From: Rhodothermales bacterium
GTDB lineage: Bacteria > Bacteroidota > Rhodothermia > Rhodothermales > UBA10348
DNA: 64,000 bases
NCBI GenBank assembly: GCA_017643395.1
Contig: JAEPNP010000003.1
Coordinates: 254,769 to 318,768 of the forward strand
Direction of reading: 5' to 3'
Position numbers and translations under genes: made by a program. The notes beneath the pieces are model-generated. The model saw only the letters and a program-made list of their open reading frames with translations. It made no database searches and was not told the origin of the DNA. This document shows, piece after piece, positions 29,032 to 39,200 of the stretch (position 1 is the first letter of the stretch; every line of letters begins with the position of its first letter).

Positions 29032-29397
29032 GCCCGCCGCGATCGATCCGCCGCCGAACTGGAATCGGGGGGCTGGATTCCACATCTTCGGCACCCAGGC
29101 AGGCCGAGATGTCGAAGAGTGCCCCCGTTTTCGATATCGAGACCAGACGCGGAGGATCAATTATGGAAACAGGAGGGTGATTCCATGTCGTGTCACTCGG
29201 TTGGGCGCCATCGGGAGGTGCCCGTCAGCCGAACCGCATCAGTCACTTCTACGCCGCTGGCGTTGTACGGGTACGAATCCAGGGTAGACGGCTGCACGAG
29301 CCGGAGCCGTGGTCGGTAAGCGAACTCGTCAGCTATTGCCTGATGCAGGAGCCGTGAGGGTCTTGGGGCGATGCCTAAACCTGATCAGGGACCTGGT

Positions 29398-31389
29398 TCA
29401 GTGTGTCCCTTCGGCCGGCTTCAGGTACCGGTCGTACCACTCCAGATAGCGCTCGTACCGGTCCTTCTGATAGGACGGCACCCGTAGTCCGTGCCCCTGC
29501 CGGGGATAGACCACGAGCTGCGTCGGCACGCCGAGCTTGCGCAGCGCCTGGTACAACTGCTCCGAGTTCTGAATCGGCACGTTCCAGTCATCCTGCCCGC
29601 CCATGAGCAGCGTCGGCGTGGTTACGCGGTCCACGTAGTTGAAGGGGCTGATGCGCTCCCAATTCTCGGCCGTTTCCCCCCATGGCACCCCGAGCTCAGC
29701 CACCCATTGCCGCTGGTAGTGGTCGTGGCCGTAGTTGGCCCGGTACAGCACCTCGGAAGCCCCGGAAATGGCTGCCTTGAAGCGATCGGTCTTCGTGATC
29801 ACATGGTCAGTCAGGATGCCGCCGTAAGACCAGCCCCCGACGCCCAGCCGATCGGGATCGGCCCATCCACGGGCGATGGCGTGGTCAACGCCCGCCATGA
29901 CGTCCATGAAGTCCGGACCGCCCCAGTCCGCCCAAAGCGCCTGGGAGAAGTCCTGCCCATACCCGCTGGACCCGCGTGGATTGGTCTGCACCACGAGGTA
30001 GCCATGCGCGGCAAACAACTGCGCCTCGAAGCTGAAGCGATGCGCGTACTGCGACACGGGGCCACCGTGGATCCGCAGCAGGGTGGGGTAGCGTTGCCCG
30101 CTGTCGTATCCAATCGGAAAGGTCACGAAGCCTTCCACGGGGGTGCCATCGGGACTCTCGAACTGGATGTCCTCCACCCGGGCAAGCTCAATGCCGCCCA
30201 GAAAATCGGCGTTGACCTGCGACAGCTGCCGAAACGTACCGTCCTCGAGCACGTGGATCTCACCCGGCAGGTCCATCCTGGAAACCAGGGCTGCCGTGAC
30301 ACCGCCGGATACATCGACGCTCGAGACACTCATGGGCCCATCGGCCATGCGCGTGACCCTTCCGGTGCGCGCATCCGCAGAGGCCAGATGGAAGTCTCCC
30401 GAGTCCTCCAGAATGAAGCGGATTCTGCTCCCGTCTTCGGTGAACTCCGGCGAGCGGGCGTTGCGGTCCAGCCGGCCGGTGATGCTTCGGGATTCGGCAG
30501 TGGCCACATCTACCACCGCGATCTCGTTCACGTCATACCAGATGATTTCGGGCTCCAGGTTGCGCAGGTAGGCGATGTGGGATCCGTCGGGACTCCAGGA
30601 AGGCCACCAATCCGAGCCCGGCTGCGTGGTCAGCCGGCGTGCCTCGGCGCCGGGCTCGGCAGCAATCACAAAAATGTCGGAGTTGCTGTTGGTGTCGGGA
30701 TCGTCGGTGCGGTTCGACACAAAGGCAATGTGGCTGCCGTCAGGACTCCACTCGGGCGACGACTCGTCCCAGCGCCCATCGGTCAGCTGCGTGACCTCAC
30801 GGCTTGCCACATCGAACAGGTAGAGGTGTGTCTTGCGATTCCCGGTGAGGTAGCCGGCGTAGTCCCGCTTGAACTGCAGCCGGTCAATCACATACGGCTT
30901 GGTGGTCTTGGCCCGCGCACCTGACAGAGTATCGGGCTCCTCAGGATCGGTGATGGTCAGGACCAGCTTCGACGCATCCGGACTCCAGGCGTAACTGCCG
31001 ATGCCCTGTTCGACTTCCGTGAGTTGCTGGGCCTCGCCGCCGCGACGATCCAGCAGCCAGACCTGATTCTTGCTGCCGTCCCGGGACGCAGTGAACGAGA
31101 TGTACCGGCCGTCCGGGCTCCACGCCACGCTGCCGGCGGATCCGCCCTTGGCCGTGAGCGGAATGGCCTCGCCGCCTGCGGTCGGCATCATCCAGAGCCG
31201 GGTCTCGCTGGATTCCTCCTCCAGACTGGTCTCGCGCACGGAATACGCCACCCATTCGCCATCCGGGCTGACGGCTGGGCTGCCGACGGAGTGGATCTCA
31301 AACAGATCATCCACGGTGAGGGCGCGACGCTCCTGCGCGGAGGCAGTCGACACGAGCAGGGCAAGAACGATGGCAGGGAGAGCTTTCAC
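29398..31389 (-). CDS. S9-family serine peptidase (prolyl oligopeptidase / acylaminoacyl-peptidase type) with N-terminal TolB-like propeller
   Basis: Signal peptide MKALPAIVLALLVSTASAQ. PD40 blades: VSPDGEWVAYS, WSPDGRYISFTASRDG, WSPDGSHIAFVSNR, WSPDGSHIAYL. Nucleophile elbow GGWSYGG. C-terminal GHGL. Confidence 0.92.
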   Translation of the reverse strand: MKALPAIVLALLVSTASAQERRALTVDDLFEIHSVGSPAVSPDGEWVAYSVRETSLEEESSETRLWMMPTAGGEAIPLTAKGGSAGSVAWSPDGRYISFTASRDGSKNQVWLLDRRGGEAQQLTEVEQGIGSYAWSPDASKLVLTITDPEEPDTLSGARAKTTKPYVIDRLQFKRDYAGYLTGNRKTHLYLFDVASREVTQLTDGRWDESSPEWSPDGSHIAFVSNRTDDPDTNSNSDIFVIAAEPGAEARRLTTQPGSDWWPSWSPDGSHIAYLRNLEPEIIWYDVNEIAVVDVATAESRSITGRLDRNARSPEFTEDGSRIRFILEDSGDFHLASADARTGRVTRMADGPMSVSSVDVSGGVTAALVSRMDLPGEIHVLEDGTFRQLSQVNADFLGGIELARVEDIQFESPDGTPVEGFVTFPIGYDSGQRYPTLLRIHGGPVSQYAHRFSFEAQLFAAHGYLVVQTNPRGSSGYGQDFSQALWADWGGPDFMDVMAGVDHAIARGWADPDRLGVGGWSYGGILTDHVITKTDRFKAAISGASEVLYRANYGHDHYQRQWVAELGVPWGETAENWERISPFNYVDRVTTPTLLMGGQDDWNVPIQNSEQLYQALRKLGVPTQLVVYPRQGHGLRVPSYQKDRYERYLEWYDRYLKPAEGTH

Positions 31390-31481
31390 GACATCAGGGC
31401 GGGATAGGTGGACGCAATCTAGTTGATCCGGCAGCCCGCGGGGAGGTACTCTGGCTCCGATCCACGCTCGACCCTACTGTC

Positions 31482-31928
31482 ATGTCCCCCGACGCAGCCT
31501 TCAGCATGGCCGGCACCCTTGTGATGCCGTGCTGGCTCCTCCTCATCTTTGCGCCCCGCTGGTCCTGGACCACACGGCTCATCACAACCGTCGCCGTGCC
31601 GGCCCTATTGGCGGTGGCCTACATCTACTTCCTGGCCAGCGGGTTTGGAGAGACCGACGGTGGATTCGGCTCGCTCGATGAGGTGGCTACGCTGTTCTCG
31701 GACCCCCGCAACCTGCTGGCGGGCTGGTTGCACTATCTGGCGTTCGACCTCCTCGTCGGCAGCTGGATCGTGCGCGATGCGGCCCGTGTGGGGGTCAACC
31801 ACCTGCTCATCGTCCCGTGCCTGGTGCTGTGTTTCCTTGCCGGGCCGGTCGGCTACCTGCTCTACCTGTTACTGCGCGCGGGCATCAAGCGGCAGATCCT
31901 TATGGATCCAATGCCGAAAAAGGGATGA
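31482..31928 (+). CDS. ABA4-like / DUF4281 small membrane protein
   Basis: 148 aa, about 4 TM. FSMAGTLVMPCWLLLIFAPRW and LLAGWLHYLAFDLLVGSWI match what I recall as the DUF4281 signature. Confidence 0.7.
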   Translation: MSPDAAFSMAGTLVMPCWLLLIFAPRWSWTTRLITTVAVPALLAVAYIYFLASGFGETDGGFGSLDEVATLFSDPRNLLAGWLHYLAFDLLVGSWIVRDAARVGVNHLLIVPCLVLCFLAGPVGYLLYLLLRAGIKRQILMDPMPKKG

Positions 31929-32713
31929 TCAAGCAGTTCTACGCACGCAGCAAGCCGCTGACAGTCGGTGGCCTGATATTCGTTGTCGGGTTCGTCGTTG
32001 CGGTGGTGCTCTCGTTCTTCGACGACCGCATCATCACCGGCCTCAACGCGTGGTACAAGCCCATCAAGTTCGCTGCGTCGCTGGCCATCTACATGTTGAC
32101 GCTGGCGTGGCTGGTGACGCACCTAAGGGAGTTCGCGCCGCGCTCCATCAAGGCGATCGAGTGGGTGATTGCCCTCGTGATGACCGCAGAGGGCGCCGCG
32201 ATCTTCTTGCAGGCCGCCCGGGGCGTGCCGAGTCATTTCAACTTCTCCACGCCCCTCGACGGCAGCATCTTCGGCATCATGGGGCTGCTCATCATCGTCA
32301 ATACGGTGACCGCCGCCTGGTTGACGATCCTGTATTTCCGGTATTCCCCACCGCTTCCGACCGCCTATTTGTGGGGCATTCGACTCGGTCTGGTGGTATT
32401 CCTGTTTTTCAGCATGGAAGGCTATCTGATGATCCAGCGCATGGCGCACGCCGTGGGCGCTCCGGACGACGCCGCCGGACTCCCGATCCTTGGCTGGAGT
32501 CGGGTAGGAGGTGATTTGCGATGGGCTCATTTCATCGGTATGCATGCGTTGCAGCTCCTCCCGCTCACCGGCTGGTTCCTGAACCGGCGCGCTGACCGAC
32601 TGCCCTTTCGGCCGGTCCTGGGAGTCGTCGTCGTGGCCCTGCTACATACGGCTCTGGCCGTCTGGGCGACTCTGCATGCGTTGGCCGGCAAACCCGTAAT
32701 TCCCCTCCCGTGA
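31925..32713 (+). CDS. Polytopic membrane protein, unknown function
   Basis: Start moved to ATG 31925 (ATGA overlap with the upstream stop; in frame with track ORF 31817). About 7 hydrophobic segments. No motif I can name. Confidence 0.65.
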   Translation: MIKQFYARSKPLTVGGLIFVVGFVVAVVLSFFDDRIITGLNAWYKPIKFAASLAIYMLTLAWLVTHLREFAPRSIKAIEWVIALVMTAEGAAIFLQAARGVPSHFNFSTPLDGSIFGIMGLLIIVNTVTAAWLTILYFRYSPPLPTAYLWGIRLGLVVFLFFSMEGYLMIQRMAHAVGAPDDAAGLPILGWSRVGGDLRWAHFIGMHALQLLPLTGWFLNRRADRLPFRPVLGVVVVALLHTALAVWATLHALAGKPVIPLP

Positions 32714-34149
32714 TGATCCGAGTTGTTTGTCTGGGCATGATGATCTTGCCGTTGGCTGCCCAGGCCCAGCAGGGCAAGTCGTTTGTCTCCGAACACATCG
32801 ACGCCCATGCAGCGGCATTCTCCGAGACCGCCCAGACCATCTGGGACCTCGCCGAGGTCGGCTATCAGGAAACCGAGAGTGCTGCACTGCTTGCGGTGCA
32901 CCTGGACGAGGCCGGTTTCCGCATCGAAATGGGAGTGGCCGAGATTCCGACCGCGTTCGTTGCCGAGTGGGGCTCGGGCTCGCCGGTTATCGGCATCATG
33001 GGTGAGTACGATGCGCTGCCGGGCATCGTGCAGGACCGGGTGCCCGAACGTTCCGTCATCGAGGGCATGGGCGCGGGACACGCGTGCGGTCATCACCTGT
33101 TCGGTGCCGGATCTGCAGCGGCCGCTGTGGCCGTCAAGGCCTGGCTGGAGGCCAGTGGCACTCCGGGGACCGTTCGCTTCTATGGCACGCCGGCCGAGGA
33201 AGGTGGAGCGGGCAAGGTCTATATGGTGCGCGCCGGTCTCATGGACGATGTAGACGTGATGCTGCACTGGCATCCGGGCGATGGGAACTCTGCCGGGGCG
33301 GAAAGCACGCTTTCCAACAAGTCAGCCAAGTTTCGCTTTCACGGCGTCTCGGCGCACGCAGCTGCTGCCCCGGAACGTGCGCGCAGTGCGCTGGACGGCG
33401 TGGAGGCCATGAACCACATGGTCAACATGTTGCGGGAGCACGTTCCGCAGGAGACGCGCATCCACTATGTGATCACTGCGGGCGGTCACGCGCCGAACGT
33501 TACCCCGGATTTCGCCGAGGTCTTCTACTACGTGCGCAATCCGGACCCGGAAAACGTGCGGTCCATTTTTGACCGCGTGGCTGCTGCGGCCGAGGGTGCG
33601 GCCTTGGGCACCGGCACGCGCGTCGAGTTCGAGGTGATCCACGGGCTGTACAACATGCTGCCCAACGAGACGCTGCAGGAGGTGATGCACGCCAACCTGG
33701 AACGTGTCGGCGGGGTGCACTACACCGCCTCCGAACGCGACTTTGCCCAGGCCATCCAGGCCACCCTTCCGGACCCGCCGTCACTGGCCACCGCCGCCGA
33801 AGTGCAGGCGTTTTACGTCACGGACCGCGCTTCTCCCGGCAGCACGGACGTTGCCGATGTGTCCTGGATGGTGCCCACGGCCGGCATGAGTGCCGCCACC
33901 TGGGTGCCGGGCACGTCGGCACACTCCTGGCAGGCGGTGGCGGCCGGCGGGACCTCCATCGGCAACAAGGGCATGGTCGTCGCGGCCAAGACCCTTGCCA
34001 TGACCGCGATTGACCTGTTCCTGGATCCTGATCTGCGACAGGCTGCCATGGCTGAGTTTCAGGTCCGGCGCGGAGACGACTTCGAGTACCAGCCGTTGCT
34101 GGGAGATCGGGACCCTCCCCTGAACTATCGAAAGCCGGCAGGACAGTGA
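32710..34149 (+). CDS. M20-family amidohydrolase (AbgB / aminobenzoyl-glutamate utilisation-like), secreted
   Basis: Signal peptide MMIRVVCLGMMILPLAAQAQQ. Motifs: GEYDALPG, HACGHHLFG, GTPAEEGGAGKVYM. Its start overlaps the upstream stop. Confidence 0.85.
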   Translation: MMIRVVCLGMMILPLAAQAQQGKSFVSEHIDAHAAAFSETAQTIWDLAEVGYQETESAALLAVHLDEAGFRIEMGVAEIPTAFVAEWGSGSPVIGIMGEYDALPGIVQDRVPERSVIEGMGAGHACGHHLFGAGSAAAAVAVKAWLEASGTPGTVRFYGTPAEEGGAGKVYMVRAGLMDDVDVMLHWHPGDGNSAGAESTLSNKSAKFRFHGVSAHAAAAPERARSALDGVEAMNHMVNMLREHVPQETRIHYVITAGGHAPNVTPDFAEVFYYVRNPDPENVRSIFDRVAAAAEGAALGTGTRVEFEVIHGLYNMLPNETLQEVMHANLERVGGVHYTASERDFAQAIQATLPDPPSLATAAEVQAFYVTDRASPGSTDVADVSWMVPTAGMSAATWVPGTSAHSWQAVAAGGTSIGNKGMVVAAKTLAMTAIDLFLDPDLRQAAMAEFQVRRGDDFEYQPLLGDRDPPLNYRKPAGQ

Positions 34150-34184
34150 ATCCCTCTATTCGACCGAGGCGGAGGCACCCTTCG

Positions 34185-35180
34185 CTACGATTCGGGTGAC
34201 GATTCGCCGGCGCTCTCAGGGCGCATGTATACGGTTCGGCGCGGGAAGGGGATTTCGATGCCACGCTCGTCGAATCGTTGCTTGATCAGCTTGAGCATGC
34301 TGCGTTCGGCGATCCACTGCTCTCCCGGCAGGACGCGAACGACCACACGCAAGCGCACGGAGGAGTCGGTCAGCCGCAACACCGAATGCACTTCCGGCTC
34401 CTCATCGAGCATGATGGAACGGTTGGTCTCGGACCACTCGGCCGCGATTTCTCCCAGCGCGTCGGTGACCTGATTGATGTCGGCCTCGTAGGCCGTGTCC
34501 ACTTCACACACCACGCGCGCGAAGTCAATGCTGCGATTGCCGAAGATGCGTAACTCTCCGGCCGGGATCATGACCAGTTCCCCATTGAACCGGCGCATCT
34601 TGATGAGACGCAGGCCGATGTCTTCTATGATGCCCTCCTGACCGTTGACGGTGATGACGTCGCCAACGTGCACCGTATCGTCAAACAGCAGGAAGAAGCC
34701 GGCGATGACGTCTCGCACCAGCGTTTGGGCCCCGAAACCCAAAGCGATGCCCGCGATGCCGGCCGTTGCCAGCAGTGCGTTGAGGTTGAATCCGAACTCT
34801 GTCAGGATCAGCACGACGGCTGCGGGCCACAGGAGATAGCGTGCCGTCGAGCTGAACAGGGCAGCGAGCGTGGTAGCCCGCTGTTTTCTCGGATTGCCGT
34901 GTGGCAGATCCTCAAACTGGCGCATGGAGGCGCGTGCCACCCGATCGATAATGCGGATCAGGATGAGCGTGGCCACAAGCAGCACGACGACGCGGGCTCC
35001 CATCCATGCGAGATCGGTGGCCGTCAGGTCGTCGGGAAGGCCTTCAAACCAGACAGGAGCATCTGAGGCGGCCGTGGTATCCGTTTGCGCCGAGGGGCTG
35101 CCGGATGTTGCGGTCGTATCGGCCGCCGCCGCGCCGGCGACGGCGCTGCTATCCTGGAAAAAAAGGTTCATTTCTGCCAT
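34185..35180 (-). CDS. Mechanosensitive ion channel, MscS family
   Basis: 331 aa. TM helices, then the conserved MscS beta domain VHVGDVITVNGQEGIIEDIGLRLIKMRRFNGELVMIPAGEL. Confidence 0.9.
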   Translation of the reverse strand: MAEMNLFFQDSSAVAGAAAADTTATSGSPSAQTDTTAASDAPVWFEGLPDDLTATDLAWMGARVVVLLVATLILIRIIDRVARASMRQFEDLPHGNPRKQRATTLAALFSSTARYLLWPAAVVLILTEFGFNLNALLATAGIAGIALGFGAQTLVRDVIAGFFLLFDDTVHVGDVITVNGQEGIIEDIGLRLIKMRRFNGELVMIPAGELRIFGNRSIDFARVVCEVDTAYEADINQVTDALGEIAAEWSETNRSIMLDEEPEVHSVLRLTDSSVRLRVVVRVLPGEQWIAERSMLKLIKQRFDERGIEIPFPRRTVYMRPESAGESSPES

Positions 35181-35225
35181 GCAGAATAGTCATTTGACAC
35201 TATTGAGATTCTCCGGAAAGGAACG

Positions 35226-35492
35226 ATGTTGGTGGTCATGGCGGAAGAGGAACGGACCAGAATGGCGTTCGAAGAGGTGTTTGTAATCCAAATGGGACGA
35301 TTCGTACCCATGTTGACTGTCCGGGTGGGTACCGAGACCCTGGAGAAGGGACATCCCGTGCACGGCTCCTACAAGCTGGACGGCATCCCGTTGTACGCAC
35401 TCATGGGTACCGAGTTGGAGTTGGTCCGGCTCATGGATTCCGTGCCCGAATTGCGAGTGCCTGGGCTCGAGCTCGGAGAGACGTCCGCCTAA
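35226..35492 (+). CDS. Hypothetical small protein (88 aa)
   Basis: This is the only ORF in a ~300-bp gap. No recognisable motif. It overlaps the convergent response-regulator stop by 4 nt. Weak call. Confidence 0.3.
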   Translation: MLVVMAEEERTRMAFEEVFVIQMGRFVPMLTVRVGTETLEKGHPVHGSYKLDGIPLYALMGTELELVRLMDSVPELRVPGLELGETSA

Positions 35493-36220
35493 CTCTTGTT
35501 CTTGCGGACGAACTCGGCCTCCTCGAAGGTCTTTTCGTACTCGTAGACGTCTATTTCAAAGACCCCCAGGCGCCACGCCCAGGCCACGATGGCCGGCCGC
35601 CAGCGCACTCCGCTGGCGGCCTTGAGGCGGTCTACCTGGTTGCGCACCGTGTGCTCGGACTTGAACATCTTCTCTGCAATCTGGGCATTGTTCTGCCCCT
35701 GCGCGACCTGAAGAAGAATGCGCAACAGCTTGGGAGTGATGCCGAGCTTGAGCAGTTGCTGTGTGGCGTTCTCGATCTCCTTTTCGCGATTGTGACTGTT
35801 CATCTGACGTGTCACAATCTGCTGAGAGACCCGCGGGCTGATGTAGACGCCGCCACGCAGCACTTCCTTGACGGCGTTCACGATGGTCGACAGCGACTCG
35901 TTCTTCATCACATAGCCTGAGGCTCCCGCCTCAAGCGTGCCCATGACGTACTCCGGGTCGGCATGACCGGAGAGAGGCAGGACCTTGGACTCGACACCGC
36001 GCTGATGGAGAAAACGCACCACTTCAAGCCCCGTCATAAGGGGCATGTCCATGTCGATTAGCAGGAGGTCCGGCGGGTTGGCCGTAACCAGTTCCAGCGC
36101 CTCTTCGCCATTATACGCGCGTCCAACGATCTTGAGGTTCGTCTCTCGCTCAAGCTTCATGGACACTCCTTCCATGAAGGCAGGGTGGTCGTCTGCCAGG
36201 ACAATGCTGTGGATCGACAT
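35489..36220 (-). CDS. NarL/LuxR-family response regulator
   Basis: Start taken at MSIHSIVLADDHPAF (ATG 36220, 1-nt overlap with the kinase TGA). REC: DLLLIDMDMPLMTG. LuxR HTH: NAQIAEKMFKSEHTVRNQVDRL. Confidence 0.92.
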   Translation of the reverse strand: MSIHSIVLADDHPAFMEGVSMKLERETNLKIVGRAYNGEEALELVTANPPDLLLIDMDMPLMTGLEVVRFLHQRGVESKVLPLSGHADPEYVMGTLEAGASGYVMKNESLSTIVNAVKEVLRGGVYISPRVSQQIVTRQMNSHNREKEIENATQQLLKLGITPKLLRILLQVAQGQNNAQIAEKMFKSEHTVRNQVDRLKAASGVRWRPAIVAWAWRLGVFEIDVYEYEKTFEEAEFVRKNKS

Positions 36221-39200
36221 CAGTCGGTCACTACGGGGATGGTCAACGTGAGCCGGGTACCGCTGCCGCGGGAGGATAACACCTGCAGGGTGCCTCCGGC
36301 GCGCTTGGCCCATTCATGCATGCCCAGCAAGCCAAAGTGTCGGTTCCTGGCGAGGGCCACGAGCGATGTGCTCGAGTCGAACCCGCGGCCGTTGTCGTAC
36401 ACCGAGACCTCCAGGGCGTTTCCGACTCGTCTCAGTGCCACATCCACGGCGGAGGCGGCGGAGTGGCGCGCCACATTGCCCAGGGCACTCTGCAAGACAC
36501 GATAGGCGGTAACGGCCACCGGTTCCTCCATCATGCCGACCGCTTCCAGGTCGGTCTGGACCTGGATATCCTCATGGTCCAGCTGGAAGTCCTGGCAGTA
36601 AGCGCGGAACGTGCGTTCGAGCGGGGTAGTGAGCAGGCCGGACGGCCGCAGGTTGGCGCAAATGCGGCGCAATTCTTCGATCGTGGAATCGGTGCGCTTC
36701 TGGATCTCCTCCAGCGTCTCCTCCGACCCGTCCTCATGCAGCATTTCCGCCAGGTGCCGGAACGTATACAGAGCTTGCAGCGGCCCGTCGTGGATGTGTC
36801 GCTGCAGCGTTTTTCGTTCGTCCTCCCGGCTTTCCGCAAGCGCTGTCTGTATCTCGAGCGCCTCTCGACGGCGGCGTTGCGTTCTTGTGAGGATGCTGCC
36901 TCCGACCGTGCCGAGTATGAGGCCTCCAGCCAGGAGCTGGAACCAGAGCGTCTGGATCAGCGGACGCCGCACGACTACGTCGTACAGAAAGCGGCCGGTC
37001 TGGCCGTTCCCGGCAAGCGTGCGGATCTCCAGGCGATAGGGCTCACGACGGGGCGGGATGTCGCGGAAGACCTGGCTCACCATCGACTGCCGGTATTCTC
37101 TCGGCAAATCGTCGTCGCCGTGGAGCTGGGTCCATATCCGAAGATGTTCCAGTCCGCCGAGGTCAGCCAGGGTGATGTTGGCCTCGAATTCGTAGGCACC
37201 GCGGCGGAGCTCAAGACGTGAACCCTGTAGCGTGCCGCCGGAGGCAACCAGGGTGATCTCCGGCTCTGGTGCGGGAGGAATCTCAAGGTCCGGATCGAAA
37301 CTCCAAAGGCCGTTCTCGCGGGCGGCGACCATGCGATCGCCGACACGGATGAGCTGCTTCTGGATGAATTGTCCGGCTCCATCCCTTGGGTCAGGCCGAA
37401 TGGTGCGCCATCCCATTTCCGGGCGCAGGGGATCGAAGCGTGAGGCTGCCGAGCTGCTCAGGGCCCAAATCCGACCCAGGTGGTCAGCTTCTACGGCGAT
37501 CTGCCCGCCCGGCGGGAGCCCCTGATTGGTGTCGAAAAGGGAGGATGTTTCGGATTCGGGGTCCCAGCGGAGGACGCCGCCGTCAGTGGCAGCGAAGATT
37601 TCTCCCCCGCGGGCCTCGGTTAAGTCGTTGGTGGTGAAGAATGCGCCCGCCAACGTGTCCGTCGCCCAGGGCCCCACCAAATCCCATTCGCTGCTGTCTG
37701 ACCGGGCTTCCGTAAGTCCTCCCGTACCCGGGCGTGCGTACAGCTGCCCAGACGAGTGGGCAAGCAGTTCAAGCATGTTCGCACCCGCTGCGAAGGACTC
37801 CACACTCAAGTCACGTACTATGCCGATACCCTCTCCAACGGTAGAGACAGCAATCGCACCCTGCCATGCCGCCAGGTCCATCACGCTGAAATCGGTCGGA
37901 AAGGCTCCTGCTAGGGACAGCTTCTCGATCGGGCGATCTCTCGGAATTCGGAAGAGTCCGTGCTGCGCAGTTCCCATGGTAACTGCGCCGTCTTGCTCCA
38001 GCATTGCAGTAGGTTCTCGGGGGCGCCCTTGGGACGGCTGCGGAATGGGTTCACTACGTTTGAGGTCGCCGTCGAGCGCGAGCTTTTGAATACCTTCTGT
38101 TGTGGCAGACCACAAGGTCCCGTTTTCCGACGCCGGAGCAATCGCTGTAAGGGGTGCCACGCGATACTCACGGATGGTGTACCCGTAGCGAGTTCGTGAG
38201 ACGCCACAAACACCGTTGTCTGTGGCAGCCCACAACATGCCGAAGGCATCGGCGTGGAGCTTTCCGACGTCGTCGTTGCATAAGCTCGAATCGTCGCCGG
38301 GTCGATGACGGTACTCCACCAGCCTACCCGTCTGTTGAAGGAAGACGTAGAGGCCTTTCTGGTTGCCGATCCAGAGTTCGCCGTCAGCAAGCAGGAGGTT
38401 CCAGACCACGGTGTCGGCCATTCCGGTGCCGTCGAAGGTCAGCGTCTTCAGCCGGGCAATTTCTCCGCTTGCGAGGTCAAGTCGCTGGACACCCATGCCG
38501 GAGGTCCCCAGCCATAGATATCCAGCCGGGTCGTAAACGAGGTCGTTAACGTCCAGACTGACGCCCGGTACCGATTCTAGGCCACTCAACTGACCGTCCT
38601 CCCACTTGAAGCGGATAAGCCCGGCTCCGCGGGTGCCCATGTAGACGGCTCCGTCGGGCGTGCGCACCAGCCGGGTCGGGTTCGTGGCCACTTCACTTTC
38701 TTCAACGCTGGCGAACGGCACCGGGCAGAGGCGACCGTCCCGAATCGAGATGACACCGGCGCGTGAGGTCGTCACCCAGACTTCTCCAGGAACAACGCGG
38801 TCCAGAGAGCGAGGTCGGCCGAGCTCTACTGGGATGGGATCGCAGGCTGGATCCACCGGGATCGCTGCAAGCGATCGGGTAGTCGGGTCAAGCCGAAGAG
38901 GGTGGCCGTCCAATACTGCGACGAGGATGCCCTCGTCGGTTTGGAGCAGGGAATAAACCCACGGGTTCGCAAGCAGAGAGTTGCTCTCATTGAACGTGGT
39001 CCTGACCTGCCCGCCTTCCCACTCCTGCAGGCCCTGCTTTGAGCCAATCCAGAGGCTGCCGTTCTCGGTTCGGAGTGCAACCCAGGTCTCGGGGCTTGCC
39101 AAGCCCCCCTCGACTCCGATCCGAACAAATCGATCGCCCTCCTGGGCCGCTGTTGTTGTCGAAAAAAACGGCCAGAGGAGCAGCAGGATCAGGTATTTGC

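Noticed and set aside
29268-29285. tRNA-like T-loop string ggtacgaatcc
   Set aside because: The flanking bases do not form a T-stem (cgggt versus caggg). No acceptor or anticodon arms could be drawn on either strand.
27442-29319. 625-aa plus-strand ORF opposite thrS and the triple-HTH gene
   Set aside because: It is antisense to ThrS, whose class II motifs are unambiguous. The product is low-complexity with no recognisable domain.
29185-29319. 44-codon ORF preceded by a perfect AGGAGG (29171..29176), encoding MSCHSVGRHREVPVSRTASVTSTPLALYGYESRVDGCTSRSRGR
   Set aside because: The SD is striking in a genome that mostly lacks them. However, the peptide has no features, it is the tail of a long antisense artefact frame, and I cannot support it without conservation or expression data.
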